From a phage: 64,000 nucleotides of DNA. Below the pieces are notes generated by a model that had not been told where the DNA came from, ran no database searches, and worked only from the letters and a program-made list of their open reading frames with translations. The DNA is taken from the NCBI GenBank assembly GCA_015370545.1, contig GCA_015370545.1_3932.1; one strand, 5' to 3'. This document shows, piece after piece, positions 49,500 through 58,897 of the stretch; position 1 is the stretch's first letter, and the number at the start of each line of letters is the position of its first letter. Position numbers and translations under genes: made by a program.

Positions 49500-49841
49500 A
49501 TGGCTTATGTAACCGTAATTACCGATAAAGCTGGCTCATCTTGGTCAACTCAGGTTAGTGATAAGATGTCGCCTATGCAGTGCCTAAAATACTTTGAGCA
49601 GTGGAACAAAGGCGAGGATGTAAGCCCCTTTCAAGTGATGCAAATCATCCATACAGATAACGAAGGGAATAAAACGACCTTGAACAGTGAATACTACGCA
49701 AGCCGTTTTGAAACGAGAAGTAAAACAATGAAGCTTTTACGTGAATCCGGCTATTCTCATATTGCCGCGCTAATCTGGGATGACCTGCTAAAAAGCCAGC
49801 GTATCAGCTATGTAAAACCTGAAAAAATATTCATCAGTTAA
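49500..49841 (+). CDS. small cassette protein 10
   Basis: 113-aa ORF. Confidence 0.55.
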   Translation: MAYVTVITDKAGSSWSTQVSDKMSPMQCLKYFEQWNKGEDVSPFQVMQIIHTDNEGNKTTLNSEYYASRFETRSKTMKLLRESGYSHIAALIWDDLLKSQRISYVKPEKIFIS

Positions 49842-49872
49842 TCAATAACTTACAAAAAACTTTTAAAAAAGT

Positions 49873-50062
49873 GTTGACAATACCCCTTGACATTGGTAAC
49901 TTTGTTCGAGGGGGTTTATCTAAAAGGGATTCACTTAATAGATTCTTTATAGATAAACTTAAAAAATTGCTTGCAAAGGCAAATCAAAACAAGTAAATTA
50001 CTAATCAACGGGAAGGGATTAACCTTCCCACTAAGTAAAGTCCTTAAACTAGGAGATTCAAA
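49873..50062 (+). promoter_or_regulatory. tandem promoters + conserved 5' hairpin leader
   Basis: TTGACAATACCCCTTGACA at 49873, then TTGCAA-17 nt-TAAATT at 49971, then CAACGGGAAGGGATTAACCTTCCC hairpin. Confidence 0.5.
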
Positions 50063-50593
50063 ATGAACAAGTTTCAAGCTATCAACTATATTCGCTCATC
50101 CAACGTTATGACTAAGCCCGTTAAAGATACCTTCGAATTTCGTTGCAACGGTGTACACTTTGCAACTATCACTAAATCAGAAAACGGGGCTTATTATATA
50201 CATCGTCGTAATGCCTCTACTGTTGTAGTCTCTCACTTTATGCAAGCTGTAGCAGAACTGTTACCGCTATTCTTAGGTATTTACTTAGATGAGTGCAAAA
50301 ACGTTCGCAACCACGTTAAAGACCTTTTAAATGGTTATAAAATGGCTTATGAACGTTCTATCAAGAATCTTAACAAGTTCTATAAAGCCCCTGAAAATAC
50401 TGTTTCAATGGCTTACAGTGTAAGCGGTGAGTTGGTTAGCCTCTTTGAAGTGGAAGAAATCGCGTTGCATGACTTACGCCCTAGCGGTTACTCTAAGACA
50501 CTAGAGGAAGGTTTAACGTTCAATATCAAGAACTTAGAAAAAACTTTAAAAGATATTGAAAAAGATATTGACGAGACAATCAAAAATCTGTAA
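50063..50593 (+). CDS. small cassette protein 11
   Basis: 176-aa ORF. Confidence 0.55.
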   Translation: MNKFQAINYIRSSNVMTKPVKDTFEFRCNGVHFATITKSENGAYYIHRRNASTVVVSHFMQAVAELLPLFLGIYLDECKNVRNHVKDLLNGYKMAYERSIKNLNKFYKAPENTVSMAYSVSGELVSLFEVEEIALHDLRPSGYSKTLEEGLTFNIKNLEKTLKDIEKDIDETIKNL

Positions 50594-50655
50594 ATTGTCA
50601 ATCAACGGGGGATAACCTCCCCCACTAAACAAAATCCTAAACTGGAGTTATCAAG
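50566..50655 (+). promoter_or_regulatory. promoter-like + conserved 5' hairpin leader
   Basis: TAAATT box at 50591 then CAACGGGGGATAACCTCCCCC hairpin; -35 uncertain. Confidence 0.45.
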
Positions 50656-50919
50656 ATGGAAAACGTAGAATTAACCACACTTTTACAAATTGCAACCGAC
50701 AAAGAAGATGTAGCATTATTCCACCGTATCGAAAGCGATTTGTTCAATGGTGAAATCATTAAAGAATCTTACGAAGTTGTCGGATTCAAAGATGGTAAAG
50801 CATTTGGCTTTTTTGACCTCGACAAAAGCAAAGCGGTTACAATGTACGATGTTCTATCTTGTGAAATTCTGACAAAATACAACGAAAAAAGGCTTGCAAC
50901 CTACGCCAATATGCAGTAA
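50656..50919 (+). CDS. small cassette protein 12
   Basis: 87-aa ORF. Confidence 0.55.
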   Translation: MENVELTTLLQIATDKEDVALFHRIESDLFNGEIIKESYEVVGFKDGKAFGFFDLDKSKAVTMYDVLSCEILTKYNEKRLATYANMQ

Positions 50920-50986
50920 ATTACTAATCAACGGGGAGGGAATGACCTTCCCACTAAACAAAGTCCTAAACTGGAGAATCTAAATT
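50894..50986 (+). promoter_or_regulatory. promoter + conserved 5' hairpin leader + RBS
   Basis: TTGCAA-18 nt-TAAATT then CAACGGGGAGGGAATGACCTTCCC hairpin. Confidence 0.5.
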
Positions 50987-51235
50987 ATGTCAACTATCCG
51001 CGTAACTGTTAATGCTTATGGCTGCCACAAACTTGATGCAAAATTCGATATCGGTGGAACAGATAACACCTTTGACCTTATCAAAATGCTGATTCAGCAG
51101 GTGATACCAGATTATAACCCTACTGATGACTTCTGGAAAGATGCCGTAAAAGAAGCCATAAACGAGGAATCTCACTACCATTATTGGGGTGACTTGATTG
51201 TCTCTCTATACTACAGCAAACAAGGCTACAACTAA
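50987..51235 (+). CDS. small cassette protein 13
   Basis: 82-aa ORF. Confidence 0.55.
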   Translation: MSTIRVTVNAYGCHKLDAKFDIGGTDNTFDLIKMLIQQVIPDYNPTDDFWKDAVKEAINEESHYHYWGDLIVSLYYSKQGYN

Positions 51236-51273
51236 TCGACGCAACGGGGCTAAATAGCCCCAGATACCTTTAC

Positions 51274-51296
51274 AGCCCCTTAAATGGGGCTTTTTT
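51274..51296 (+). terminator. rho-independent terminator ending the cassette array
   Basis: AGCCCC-TTAAAT-GGGGCT followed by TTTTTT; preceded by a second GGGGCTAAATAGCCCC hairpin. Confidence 0.65.
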
Positions 51297-51299
51297 ACG

Positions 51300-52860
51300 T
51301 CTATCGAATCCTTATACAATCCCTTTCCCTTTCCTTTCTAGAATCTTATCAGACCTTAAAAAGCAATAACTCTATAGTCTACTCTATAACCTCTTATCAA
51401 ATCAACTTAAATATAAGCCAATAACCCCAGAAAGGGGATGGCCCATTAAAACGCTCTATAAAGCTCTATAACAGCCTTATCAACCTAACTTAAGCAATCA
51501 TATTAACCCACTCTAAAAAGCCCTTTATAGAGCTTCCCAGAGCCTTAAAAGAATCTTATAAGGGTGAAAGCTTATAGGCTGGCTAGTATCTTGTGAATAA
51601 CTAAACAATCCCCTTGATAGTCACTAAAAAGCATGTTATAGGGGCTATAAAGTTACTTCAAAGTAACGTAAAAAAGGCTATAAAGTTACGTAAATGCTAG
51701 CCCCCTTAACATTTTCTTAACAATTTCTTAACAATCCCTACATAGTTATGCTTGTTAGAGACTTGTTAGCCCCTTGTTAAATCTCTGTTACAACCATGTA
51801 AAAGCCTTGTAAGAACCTTTGACATAGCCTTAAAAGCCCTGTAAAGCCCTATAAAGAGCTATCCATACAGTTGGGCTGTAGTTACTAGGGAGAGACTTAA
51901 AAGGGGCTATACAGAGCTATAGAGGGCTTTTAAGAGGTATGTTTAAAGAATCACTAAGAATCAAAGGGAACGATAAGAAAAGAGATAGTGACCATGTTAA
52001 TAGCTTGTTAAAAAGATTAAACACTTGTTAGAAACTTGTTAATTATCCCTACAAAATAACTCTTTAAAATTAACTTGTTAGCTCTTGTTAGTCATCTGTT
52101 AAGACTCTGTAAAGACTATTCAGCACTTGTTAGAAAACTGTTAAGTTCTTGTTAGTTCTGTTAAGAAACTGTTAAGACCTTTGGAGAGTTGTTAAGAGCT
52201 TGAGAGAGTTGTTAAGAGATTGTTAAGGATATTTTAAAATTCTGCAAAGTACTTGTAAGGGAGCTGTTAAGGGCTACCAAGCAGATATACATCTTCTACA
52301 GATATTTTTCAGTTCCTTCAAAGACCCTAAAAAATGACTTGATAGCCCTATTTTATAAAAATTTTAAAATTCTGAATAATTACCTAGACAGTCTTTTAAA
52401 AATACAGGTAGAAACAGGCTTATAAGATACCTTGTTAGTACCGTGTTAGACCTTGTGAGATAAGGTCTGTGAAGATATTCCTGTTAAGTTTGTTAAAACA
52501 GTCTATATAGAGGCTTAGTAGTACCTAGTGAACATCTATAGAGGGTATCATAGCTAACCTAGAGATTAAGAGGTGTATAGGGGCTTCTAAGAGGGTATAG
52601 AGAGATGGTTAAGGTGATTGTATAGGTTGTTAAGAAGGATTGTTAGAAGAGTGTTTAGAGGGCTATTTAGAAGGGTTATACAGAGGGCTATTAAGACCAC
52701 TAGATAGTTACTAAGATACTATATAGTACTATATAACTATATAGAGAGTAAGATTAAGAAGGTTGTTAAGAAGGATAGATATCTTATTCACATATGATGG
52801 TGACCCAGAGGTTGGGACAACCGATAAAATTTTATAAAAATATAAATTTCGTAAATTTTA
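51300..52860. repeat. ORF-free iteron-rich region (candidate origin or packaging/regulatory locus)
   Basis: no ORF of 60 aa or more; dozens of (C/T)TGTTA(A/G) units at about 10-11 bp spacing (densest 52010-52260); repeated TATA(A/C)AG(A/C)GCTAT and GGCTATAAAGTTAC units; ACTATATA triple near 52720. Confidence 0.6.
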
Positions 52861-52901
52861 CTCAATAAAAAGCCCCCAATTAAGGAGGCTCTTAAGATAT
52901 T

Positions 52902-53525
52902 TTAAATCAGTGTTTCCAGAACTGTTTTTAGTGATGACTTGGTTGTCTGATAAAAATGAGTAAAGCCGTTGTTGTTATCAAATACCTGCATCATGATATC
53001 ATCTCCCTTGATTGGGTACACTCGGATATCATAGTGAAAACCATTAAAGACACAAGAGCCATTACAGAATGCACTAAAGTCATCCACTGAGATATACTCT
53101 TCATGTCCTGTGATTTTTATACAGATACCTTTACTCGGTCTCTTAGGATTAATATCTTCCATCACAGACATATTCTGTCCGCCAAGAGATACCATAGTGA
53201 CCACTTTACGGTTCTTCTGTCTAAAGTACATTTTAACTTTCTGCAAAGTGTCTTCATAGAACGGATAAGACTTCTCTACAAAGATTCCTTCAAGTGGCTC
53301 TTTACCATTTTCAACTTCTCTGTTATGCCGTACTGCAAAGATAATTTGTTCGAACCAGTCAAGATTTTCTTCGGAGAGTGCTTCTCGAATATCCTTCCAG
53401 TCAAGGACTAGATAGTTACCTTCAACTTCTTTTAAGTTATCTTTTTCCATGTTTATCACACCATTATCGTAAAACTTGATATTCTGGTACTGCGAATTTA
53501 TTACTGTTGTTCTTGATGAGGTCAT
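52902..53525 (-). CDS. hypothetical protein
   Basis: 207-aa ORF. Confidence 0.45.
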   Translation of the reverse strand: MTSSRTTVINSQYQNIKFYDNGVINMEKDNLKEVEGNYLVLDWKDIREALSEENLDWFEQIIFAVRHNREVENGKEPLEGIFVEKSYPFYEDTLQKVKMYFRQKNRKVVTMVSLGGQNMSVMEDINPKRPSKGICIKITGHEEYISVDDFSAFCNGSCVFNGFHYDIRVYPIKGDDIMMQVFDNNNGFTHFYQTTKSSLKTVLETLI

Positions 53526-53928
53526 CTTCTGAAACTAAAAATGTAATCCCACATAAGTGTCTGTAACGACTATCATACTCGAATATCTTAAACAGATATT
53601 TACCATCATGATAAACCTGTTGCACTTCACCTTCTGCAACAATCTCGCCTGTAATAAAATTTTTTAGTTTATACACATTACCAACTTTAGGTACTGTTTT
53701 CATCTCAGGCTCTTTTAGTGCTACATCTATTTTTGCATCACTGAGTAGATGAGAACTCTCAAAAGCTACGTGTTTCATATAAGCTTCTGAACATTCCCAG
53801 ATAAAACAATGTACAAGAACCTTAGCAGCATGTCTTGAACAGTTCAACTTATCACAAATTTCTGTGTACATCTCATCTTTAGTTGAGTTGTCAAGCATTG
53901 CTTTTCGAACTGTTTCTTTAATTTTCAT
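53464..53928 (-). CDS. hypothetical protein
   Basis: 154-aa ORF. Confidence 0.45.
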   Translation of the reverse strand: MKIKETVRKAMLDNSTKDEMYTEICDKLNCSRHAAKVLVHCFIWECSEAYMKHVAFESSHLLSDAKIDVALKEPEMKTVPKVGNVYKLKNFITGEIVAEGEVQQVYHDGKYLFKIFEYDSRYRHLCGITFLVSEDDLIKNNSNKFAVPEYQVLR

Positions 53929-54340
53929 AAGCTCTCCGAATAACCCTATTAAGCATCTCTAAAGTCAGCTTTCCAGATTCTAAATGCGGCATAACAAGCT
54001 TTAAAGCTTTTTCAACATCATGCACAATATCAATTATACCTTCTTCATAGGCTTCTACGAGGATATCTTTTACACCAATATAGCCTTCATTGATAAGGAT
54101 TTGCATATCAAAATCTTCTGATTGCTTGTTTAACTTACCTCTCCAATACCCATCAGCATTAAAAGATATCACTTCACACTCTTTAAAATCCATATCATCT
54201 GCATGGAATGGAGTAATTATTGTGCATTGGATTGGGTACTCTACACCAGTGGTGTCAACATCAAAGACCTTCACAGAAGTAAGTGGTTTCTTTGTTTTAG
54301 AGCAGTAAACTGTCAATCTTTTACCAATAAGCTCTTTCAT
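53918..54340 (-). CDS. hypothetical protein
   Basis: 140-aa ORF. Confidence 0.45.
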   Translation of the reverse strand: MKELIGKRLTVYCSKTKKPLTSVKVFDVDTTGVEYPIQCTIITPFHADDMDFKECEVISFNADGYWRGKLNKQSEDFDMQILINEGYIGVKDILVEAYEEGIIDIVHDVEKALKLVMPHLESGKLTLEMLNRVIRRAYEN

Positions 54341-54393
54341 TTCGCTACCTTCTAAGTTTCTACAAAGGGGCTATCAAGTAACCCCTCAAGTTA

Positions 54394-54618
54394 TTACTCA
54401 GACTTTTCAGTCTTCTTGTCGGATTTCTTACTAGTCTTCTTCTCAGCTTTCTGCTCAGGCTCCTTCTCAGAAGTTGCCTTAATAACCATATCAAGAAGCT
54501 CTGATAAGTCACTCTTCAGCAAAGTAACAGGCTGCTCATTGTAGAAGTTTTTGTCAAGATAAACTTTGAACTCTTCTATAGAAGGAAATCCAAAAATTGG
54601 TACAGGTGTCTTAATCAT
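54394..54618 (-). CDS. hypothetical protein
   Basis: 74 aa, K/E-rich C-terminal tail. Confidence 0.4.
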   Translation of the reverse strand: MIKTPVPIFGFPSIEEFKVYLDKNFYNEQPVTLLKSDLSELLDMVIKATSEKEPEQKAEKKTSKKSDKKTEKSE

Positions 54619-54694
54619 TACTTAGTTTCTCCATAGGCATCTTTCAAGATTGCCTTGTTAATCATTTCAGCGATTGCAAAACGAACACATACAG

Positions 54695-55228
54695 CTATAA
54701 TTGTAGGTTGCATTCTTTACTTACCTCTTCAAGTTTAACCTCAGAATCCTTAAGTCGCTTCTTATGAACTCTGAATCTTAGTAGTGAGATGATGATACCA
54801 ACTAAAGGAGCAGCATACAAGTACCAAACATCATATACCTTTGCAGTAATCTGTGTAATTGTTAAATCTTGAGCTATGTAGCTGATTGCTGATACGGCTA
54901 GTAATGTTGCTAAGAAGAAAACCAGTATCATAGCAATATTCAGACAACCTCTGGCATGGTATTCATTCTTAATGCACTTATTCTTCTCTTCAACAACTCT
55001 GTTGTAGTCATTTGTAAAGTCTCTGTAGAAAGCTTTCAAGTATTCTTGACTGTAGCCTTCAAAGCAACCTGTACCGTACCAATAATCACCACCGAAATGT
55101 GCTATGATACCAGTATCTCCGTTTGGTTTTGTTACTCTTAGGGAGACATGATGACCAGTCTTCTGGTAATCTATCTTGTATCTTTCTTCGTAAATCATTT
55201 TCCAATCCCTCTCAATCGTTTGTTCCAC
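54695..55228 (-). CDS. membrane protein
   Basis: 177 aa; central TM segment(s) NIAMILVFFLATLLAVSAISYI. Confidence 0.45.
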   Translation of the reverse strand: MEQTIERDWKMIYEERYKIDYQKTGHHVSLRVTKPNGDTGIIAHFGGDYWYGTGCFEGYSQEYLKAFYRDFTNDYNRVVEEKNKCIKNEYHARGCLNIAMILVFFLATLLAVSAISYIAQDLTITQITAKVYDVWYLYAAPLVGIIISLLRFRVHKKRLKDSEVKLEEVSKECNLQL

Positions 55229-55413
55229 TCAAGGTCAACAAGTCTTTGTAGTACTTTGCCTCTAGGTGTTACACCTTTTAAATCTGCATCGTAACAATGG
55301 TAAAAGTCACCTTCAGCGTGTTTACCATAGCATTTTCTGATATTCTGGCTTCTGCGATACTGTTCTAACAAGGACAGTTTGTAGTAATCTTCAACTGTAG
55401 TTAGTCTTTTCAT
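55195..55413 (-). CDS. hypothetical protein
   Basis: 72-aa ORF. Confidence 0.4.
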   Translation of the reverse strand: MKRLTTVEDYYKLSLLEQYRRSQNIRKCYGKHAEGDFYHCYDADLKGVTPRGKVLQRLVDLEWNKRLRGIGK

Positions 55414-55496
55414 TCTTTCACCGTAGTGTTTGTCTAGAAACTAAAAAGGGAACTACCTCTCGATAGCTCCCATCATAATCAATGTTGTATACTCGG

Positions 55497-56078
55497 TCAA
55501 GAGTATTTTTTAGGCAGTAATGCACTGCGCTTGTTGCTCTCTTCACTCAATAGTGCGATAAATTCATCACCTTTGCCTTTCCACGGGCTAAATGTAGGGA
55601 TGTGTTCTCTGATAGCCTCAATCACTGTCTTCAGTGCGTTATTCTTTAACCACCAATCAGATACTGCCGATGCTACAACATAGTAAGCACCATCATCTGT
55701 GAAGATTGGCTCAGAGATACATGGTGAAATCATGGTAGTGATGATTGAGCCATTATTCATGTAATATGTTCTTTTTTCAACCTTATCAAGAAGCTTATGA
55801 AGGTCTGCAAAGAGACTCACCACCTCTTTATGGTCAATATCTTTTTCAAGATTTGCTCTGTACTTTAATAGTGCAGCATCAACCTCTTTATCATTGAATT
55901 TGAAGTACTGGACTTCTTCATTCACACATACACTGATATTGTTGGTGTTTATCGTCAATTTGCACAGTTTGACTGGAGAATTGATGTTGGTTTGAAAAAG
56001 TGCTACACAGCCTTCTACATTTCCGAAATGTTTTACTAATGTAACTTCTGGTTGGATATGCTCATGTTCTTCTGACAT
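55497..56078 (-). CDS. hypothetical protein
   Basis: 193-aa ORF. Confidence 0.45.
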   Translation of the reverse strand: MSEEHEHIQPEVTLVKHFGNVEGCVALFQTNINSPVKLCKLTINTNNISVCVNEEVQYFKFNDKEVDAALLKYRANLEKDIDHKEVVSLFADLHKLLDKVEKRTYYMNNGSIITTMISPCISEPIFTDDGAYYVVASAVSDWWLKNNALKTVIEAIREHIPTFSPWKGKGDEFIALLSEESNKRSALLPKKYS

Positions 56079-56422
56079 TACAGTTTCCTCATTAAATACT
56101 TTTTAAGTTGTGTGTTAGGTTTCTCAAAAACTTCTATAGAAGATATCTTAACAGACTCACCACGCATACCAGTATGTTTGAATATGTAGTACTCTAGCAT
56201 CCCTATGTACTTTGCTGGTAAGTCATGCTTGACATATACCGTCACAGAATCTTCAAACTCAACAACCTTTGTACCATCTTTGTAGTTAAACTCTTTAGGA
56301 TGGTTGTAGTTGTCTATGTCATACATTAAAAAGAGTCTTTTACGTTGTAAGTCAAGCTTATTTGTTAAAGACTCTTTGATATCTGAGAAGTTTTTGTATA
56401 CTGTGACATGGAGCTTACTCAT
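56078..56422 (-). CDS. hypothetical protein
   Basis: 114-aa ORF. Confidence 0.45.
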   Translation of the reverse strand: MSKLHVTVYKNFSDIKESLTNKLDLQRKRLFLMYDIDNYNHPKEFNYKDGTKVVEFEDSVTVYVKHDLPAKYIGMLEYYIFKHTGMRGESVKISSIEVFEKPNTQLKKYLMRKL

Positions 56423-56708
56423 CGTTAAACTCTCTGACGAAGAAATAGTTGACTTTGTTATTACCTACCATAAGGTCAAAGCAGGTATTTTCAAAAGGCT
56501 TGTTGTAGGCATCATATGAAGTATATGTATCAGCTACTTGTTTAGTGTTGAGCTTTTTACTTGATGGATTTAAGAGGCCACCATACAGCTTCTTGATAGC
56601 CTCTTCTACAACAGACCAGATAATTTCGTCAGTAATTTCTTCGTACAGGTCAAGTTCACGCTCTAGTGAGAAGTCACAAATAGGGAAAACAACCTGTACT
56701 TTACTCAT
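56415..56708 (-). CDS. hypothetical protein
   Basis: 97-aa ORF. Confidence 0.45.
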   Translation of the reverse strand: MSKVQVVFPICDFSLERELDLYEEITDEIIWSVVEEAIKKLYGGLLNPSSKKLNTKQVADTYTSYDAYNKPFENTCFDLMVGNNKVNYFFVREFNDE

Positions 56709-57106
56709 TAACGGATAACCTGTGAGACTTGAATTGCTTCGGTTACTGACAAGTCACCTACTTTCTCTTCTTTGATAAAGGTGAAGGTAAGTTCAACAGG
56801 TTCTTGCTTTTCTTGCTCAACTGGAATGCCATTAAGCTCATCACGGATTGATTGAGTTGTCCAGTCTTCTCCACCATCTGGATAATGGATGGCGTAAAGA
56901 GGGAACTCCATATCATACCAGCCAAATACAGGGCAGCCATCTGCATCATCTCGCATCCTACGTAGTGTGCTACCTGAGCCTGTAAAACGAAGGCAGATAT
57001 TACCATTACACTCAAAGATTACTGCATCAGCAAGACCAGCGTCTTCACGGCCATCATGCCCAAACGTGTCAACTTTTACTTGAATATCTCTAACATCTTT
57101 ATTCAT
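56708..57106 (-). CDS. hypothetical protein
   Basis: 132-aa ORF. Confidence 0.45.
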   Translation of the reverse strand: MNKDVRDIQVKVDTFGHDGREDAGLADAVIFECNGNICLRFTGSGSTLRRMRDDADGCPVFGWYDMEFPLYAIHYPDGGEDWTTQSIRDELNGIPVEQEKQEPVELTFTFIKEEKVGDLSVTEAIQVSQVIR

Positions 57107-57497
57107 AAAAACCTCTCTCTGCTTGTTCGATTTTTGCTCTTAAAGTTTCGCAATGCTGTAAATGGTAGTTAGCTTCTTGTTCATGTGTTGCTAACTGCCT
57201 TTCAAGAACAGTTTTATAGTAACCTGCAAGTTGCTCTTTTGTCAATGGGTGCTCTGAAATAATATCAAGTCCACTTTCACCAAGAGGATTGAATTGTCCA
57301 TACTCATTGACATTGTAAGTCTCAAACTTGAACATACCATTGTTCACAGACTCAATAGGTGACAGTTCAACAAGCTCTACAGTAAACCGTGTATACACCT
57401 TGTCGCCTCTTGAAACTACATTGTTTCCAATGATGCGTACAAGCGAACCATTACGAGTGTATTTAAAAGTCCCAAAATCACTAGCCCAAAGCTTCAT
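57099..57497 (-). CDS. hypothetical protein
   Basis: 132-aa ORF. Confidence 0.45.
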   Translation of the reverse strand: MKLWASDFGTFKYTRNGSLVRIIGNNVVSRGDKVYTRFTVELVELSPIESVNNGMFKFETYNVNEYGQFNPLGESGLDIISEHPLTKEQLAGYYKTVLERQLATHEQEANYHLQHCETLRAKIEQAERGFYE

Positions 57498-57512
57498 AGT
57501 TTTCTCCTTAGA

Positions 57513-57538
57513 AAATAAAAAAGGCTCCCGAAGGAGCC
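57513..57538 (-). terminator. rho-independent terminator downstream of endolysin
   Basis: minus-strand reading GGCTCC-TTCG-GGAGCC followed by TTTTTTATTTT. Confidence 0.6.
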
Positions 57539-57548
57539 TATGAAGATA

Positions 57549-58013
57549 TTACTTTGGATATACACTGTCAAGATAAATGTCAGCTTCCATTCTACGTCTG
57601 TTTTTCAGACCGTTTGAAGTGACCTTCTTACCTTTGACTGTAACCTTGTTCCACCACTGCATAGCTTCTGCACAACCTACCTTATTACCAGCATTGTGGC
57701 GCTTGATAAATGTGGAATCCTGCATAGCTGTGATACCGATGTTGTATGTTTCACTTACAAGTGCATCGAACTCATTCTGAGTAGTTGGAACCTTGATAGC
57801 TTTGTTCACTGCTGCAACAAACTTCTCAACATCCGCGAGAAGATACTGTTCAGCTTGTTCAGCGGTGATTTTCATTCCCATCTTAACAGGTTTTCCGTCA
57901 ATACGGATTGTACCATACCCGATTGTTGGGATTCCGGCAGAGTCTTCGTAAGCCTCTAACTCCAGACCTTCGAAGAACTTAATAGCTTCTAAACCTTTTC
58001 TTGAGAGTTGCAT
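57549..58013 (-). CDS. endolysin, lysozyme (GH24 / T4-lambda lysozyme family)
   Basis: 154 aa; FEGLELEAYEDSAGIPTIGYGT catalytic-region pattern. Confidence 0.85.
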   Translation of the reverse strand: MQLSRKGLEAIKFFEGLELEAYEDSAGIPTIGYGTIRIDGKPVKMGMKITAEQAEQYLLADVEKFVAAVNKAIKVPTTQNEFDALVSETYNIGITAMQDSTFIKRHNAGNKVGCAEAMQWWNKVTVKGKKVTSNGLKNRRRMEADIYLDSVYPK

Positions 58014-58897
58014 TATGCCTCCCCTGCTGGGTTAACTGTAACTGTTGCCGCATTAGATGTTACAGAGCCACCTGCACCAGTAACTACACAAGTGTAGCTT
58101 CCTGCATCAGAAGCAGTTGCACCTTCTTTGGTGTAAGTTGCAGCAGTTGCGTCTGGGATGACTTCCTCACCTTTCTTCCACTGATAACCTGTTGCACCAG
58201 TTGCAGTCACTGCTAAATTGATGTTTCCACCTTCATTAATGGTCTGATTAGAAGGTTGCTGTGTAATCACAGGCAGCGCGTTCACAGTAACTGTTGCTGC
58301 ATCTGAGGTGACACTTGTTCCACCATCTCCAGATACAACACAAGTGTATGAACCAGCGTCAGAAGGTGCTACGGATTGTTTTGTGTAAGTTGCAGAAGTG
58401 GCACTAGAGATGTCCTCACCATCTTTCTTCCACTGATAACCAGTGGCATTAGATGCAACAACACTCAGAGTAAGAGTTCCACCTTCATTGACTGTTTGGT
58501 TTGTTGGTTGCTGAGTGATTGATGGTGGTGTGATGGCATCTTTCAACTTAGCATTCAACATTGAGAACGGCTTAACTCTTGCCAACCATTCACAGTAAAT
58601 TGTGTCAACATCTTTACCGTTGATGATTGCATACTGTAAATCCATGAAGAAATCAGCAGTTCTCATCTGTGCACCAACACTGTAAAGGAGTTCATCACTA
58701 AAAGGAACTTTGTAGTCTGGTTTGTAGTCAAACTTCTTAACTTCTGCGATATCAGCTTCAGGCCAATATGAGCTATAGGTGAGTGGTAAAATAGCTTCTT
58801 GATATGTTCTAAAATCATATCTCTTACCAGCCTTTACATTTGCGATGAAGCCCTTCACAAATTCTTTGAAGTCTGGGTAAGTCTTTGCTTTAATCAT
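58013..58897 (-). CDS. protein with two Ig-like domains
   Basis: 294 aa; N-terminal domain paralogous to next ORF; two tandem repeats TQQP(T/S)NQT(V/I)NEGG..L.V.A...TGYQWKK...AGSYTCVV.G. Confidence 0.55.
   Translation of the reverse strand: MIKAKTYPDFKEFVKGFIANVKAGKRYDFRTYQEAILPLTYSSYWPEADIAEVKKFDYKPDYKVPFSDELLYSVGAQMRTADFFMDLQYAIINGKDVDTIYCEWLARVKPFSMLNAKLKDAITPPSITQQPTNQTVNEGGTLTLSVVASNATGYQWKKDGEDISSATSATYTKQSVAPSDAGSYTCVVSGDGGTSVTSDAATVTVNALPVITQQPSNQTINEGGNINLAVTATGATGYQWKKGEEVIPDATAATYTKEGATASDAGSYTCVVTGAGGSVTSNAATVTVNPAGEA

Noticed and set aside
45519-50986. Regularly recurring near-identical elements that could be mistaken for a CRISPR array
   Set aside because: Repeat units are 60-90 bp composite promoter/hairpin/RBS leaders, not 25-40 bp identical repeats; the intervening sequences are 250-550 bp ORFs with start codons directly after each unit; no cas genes.
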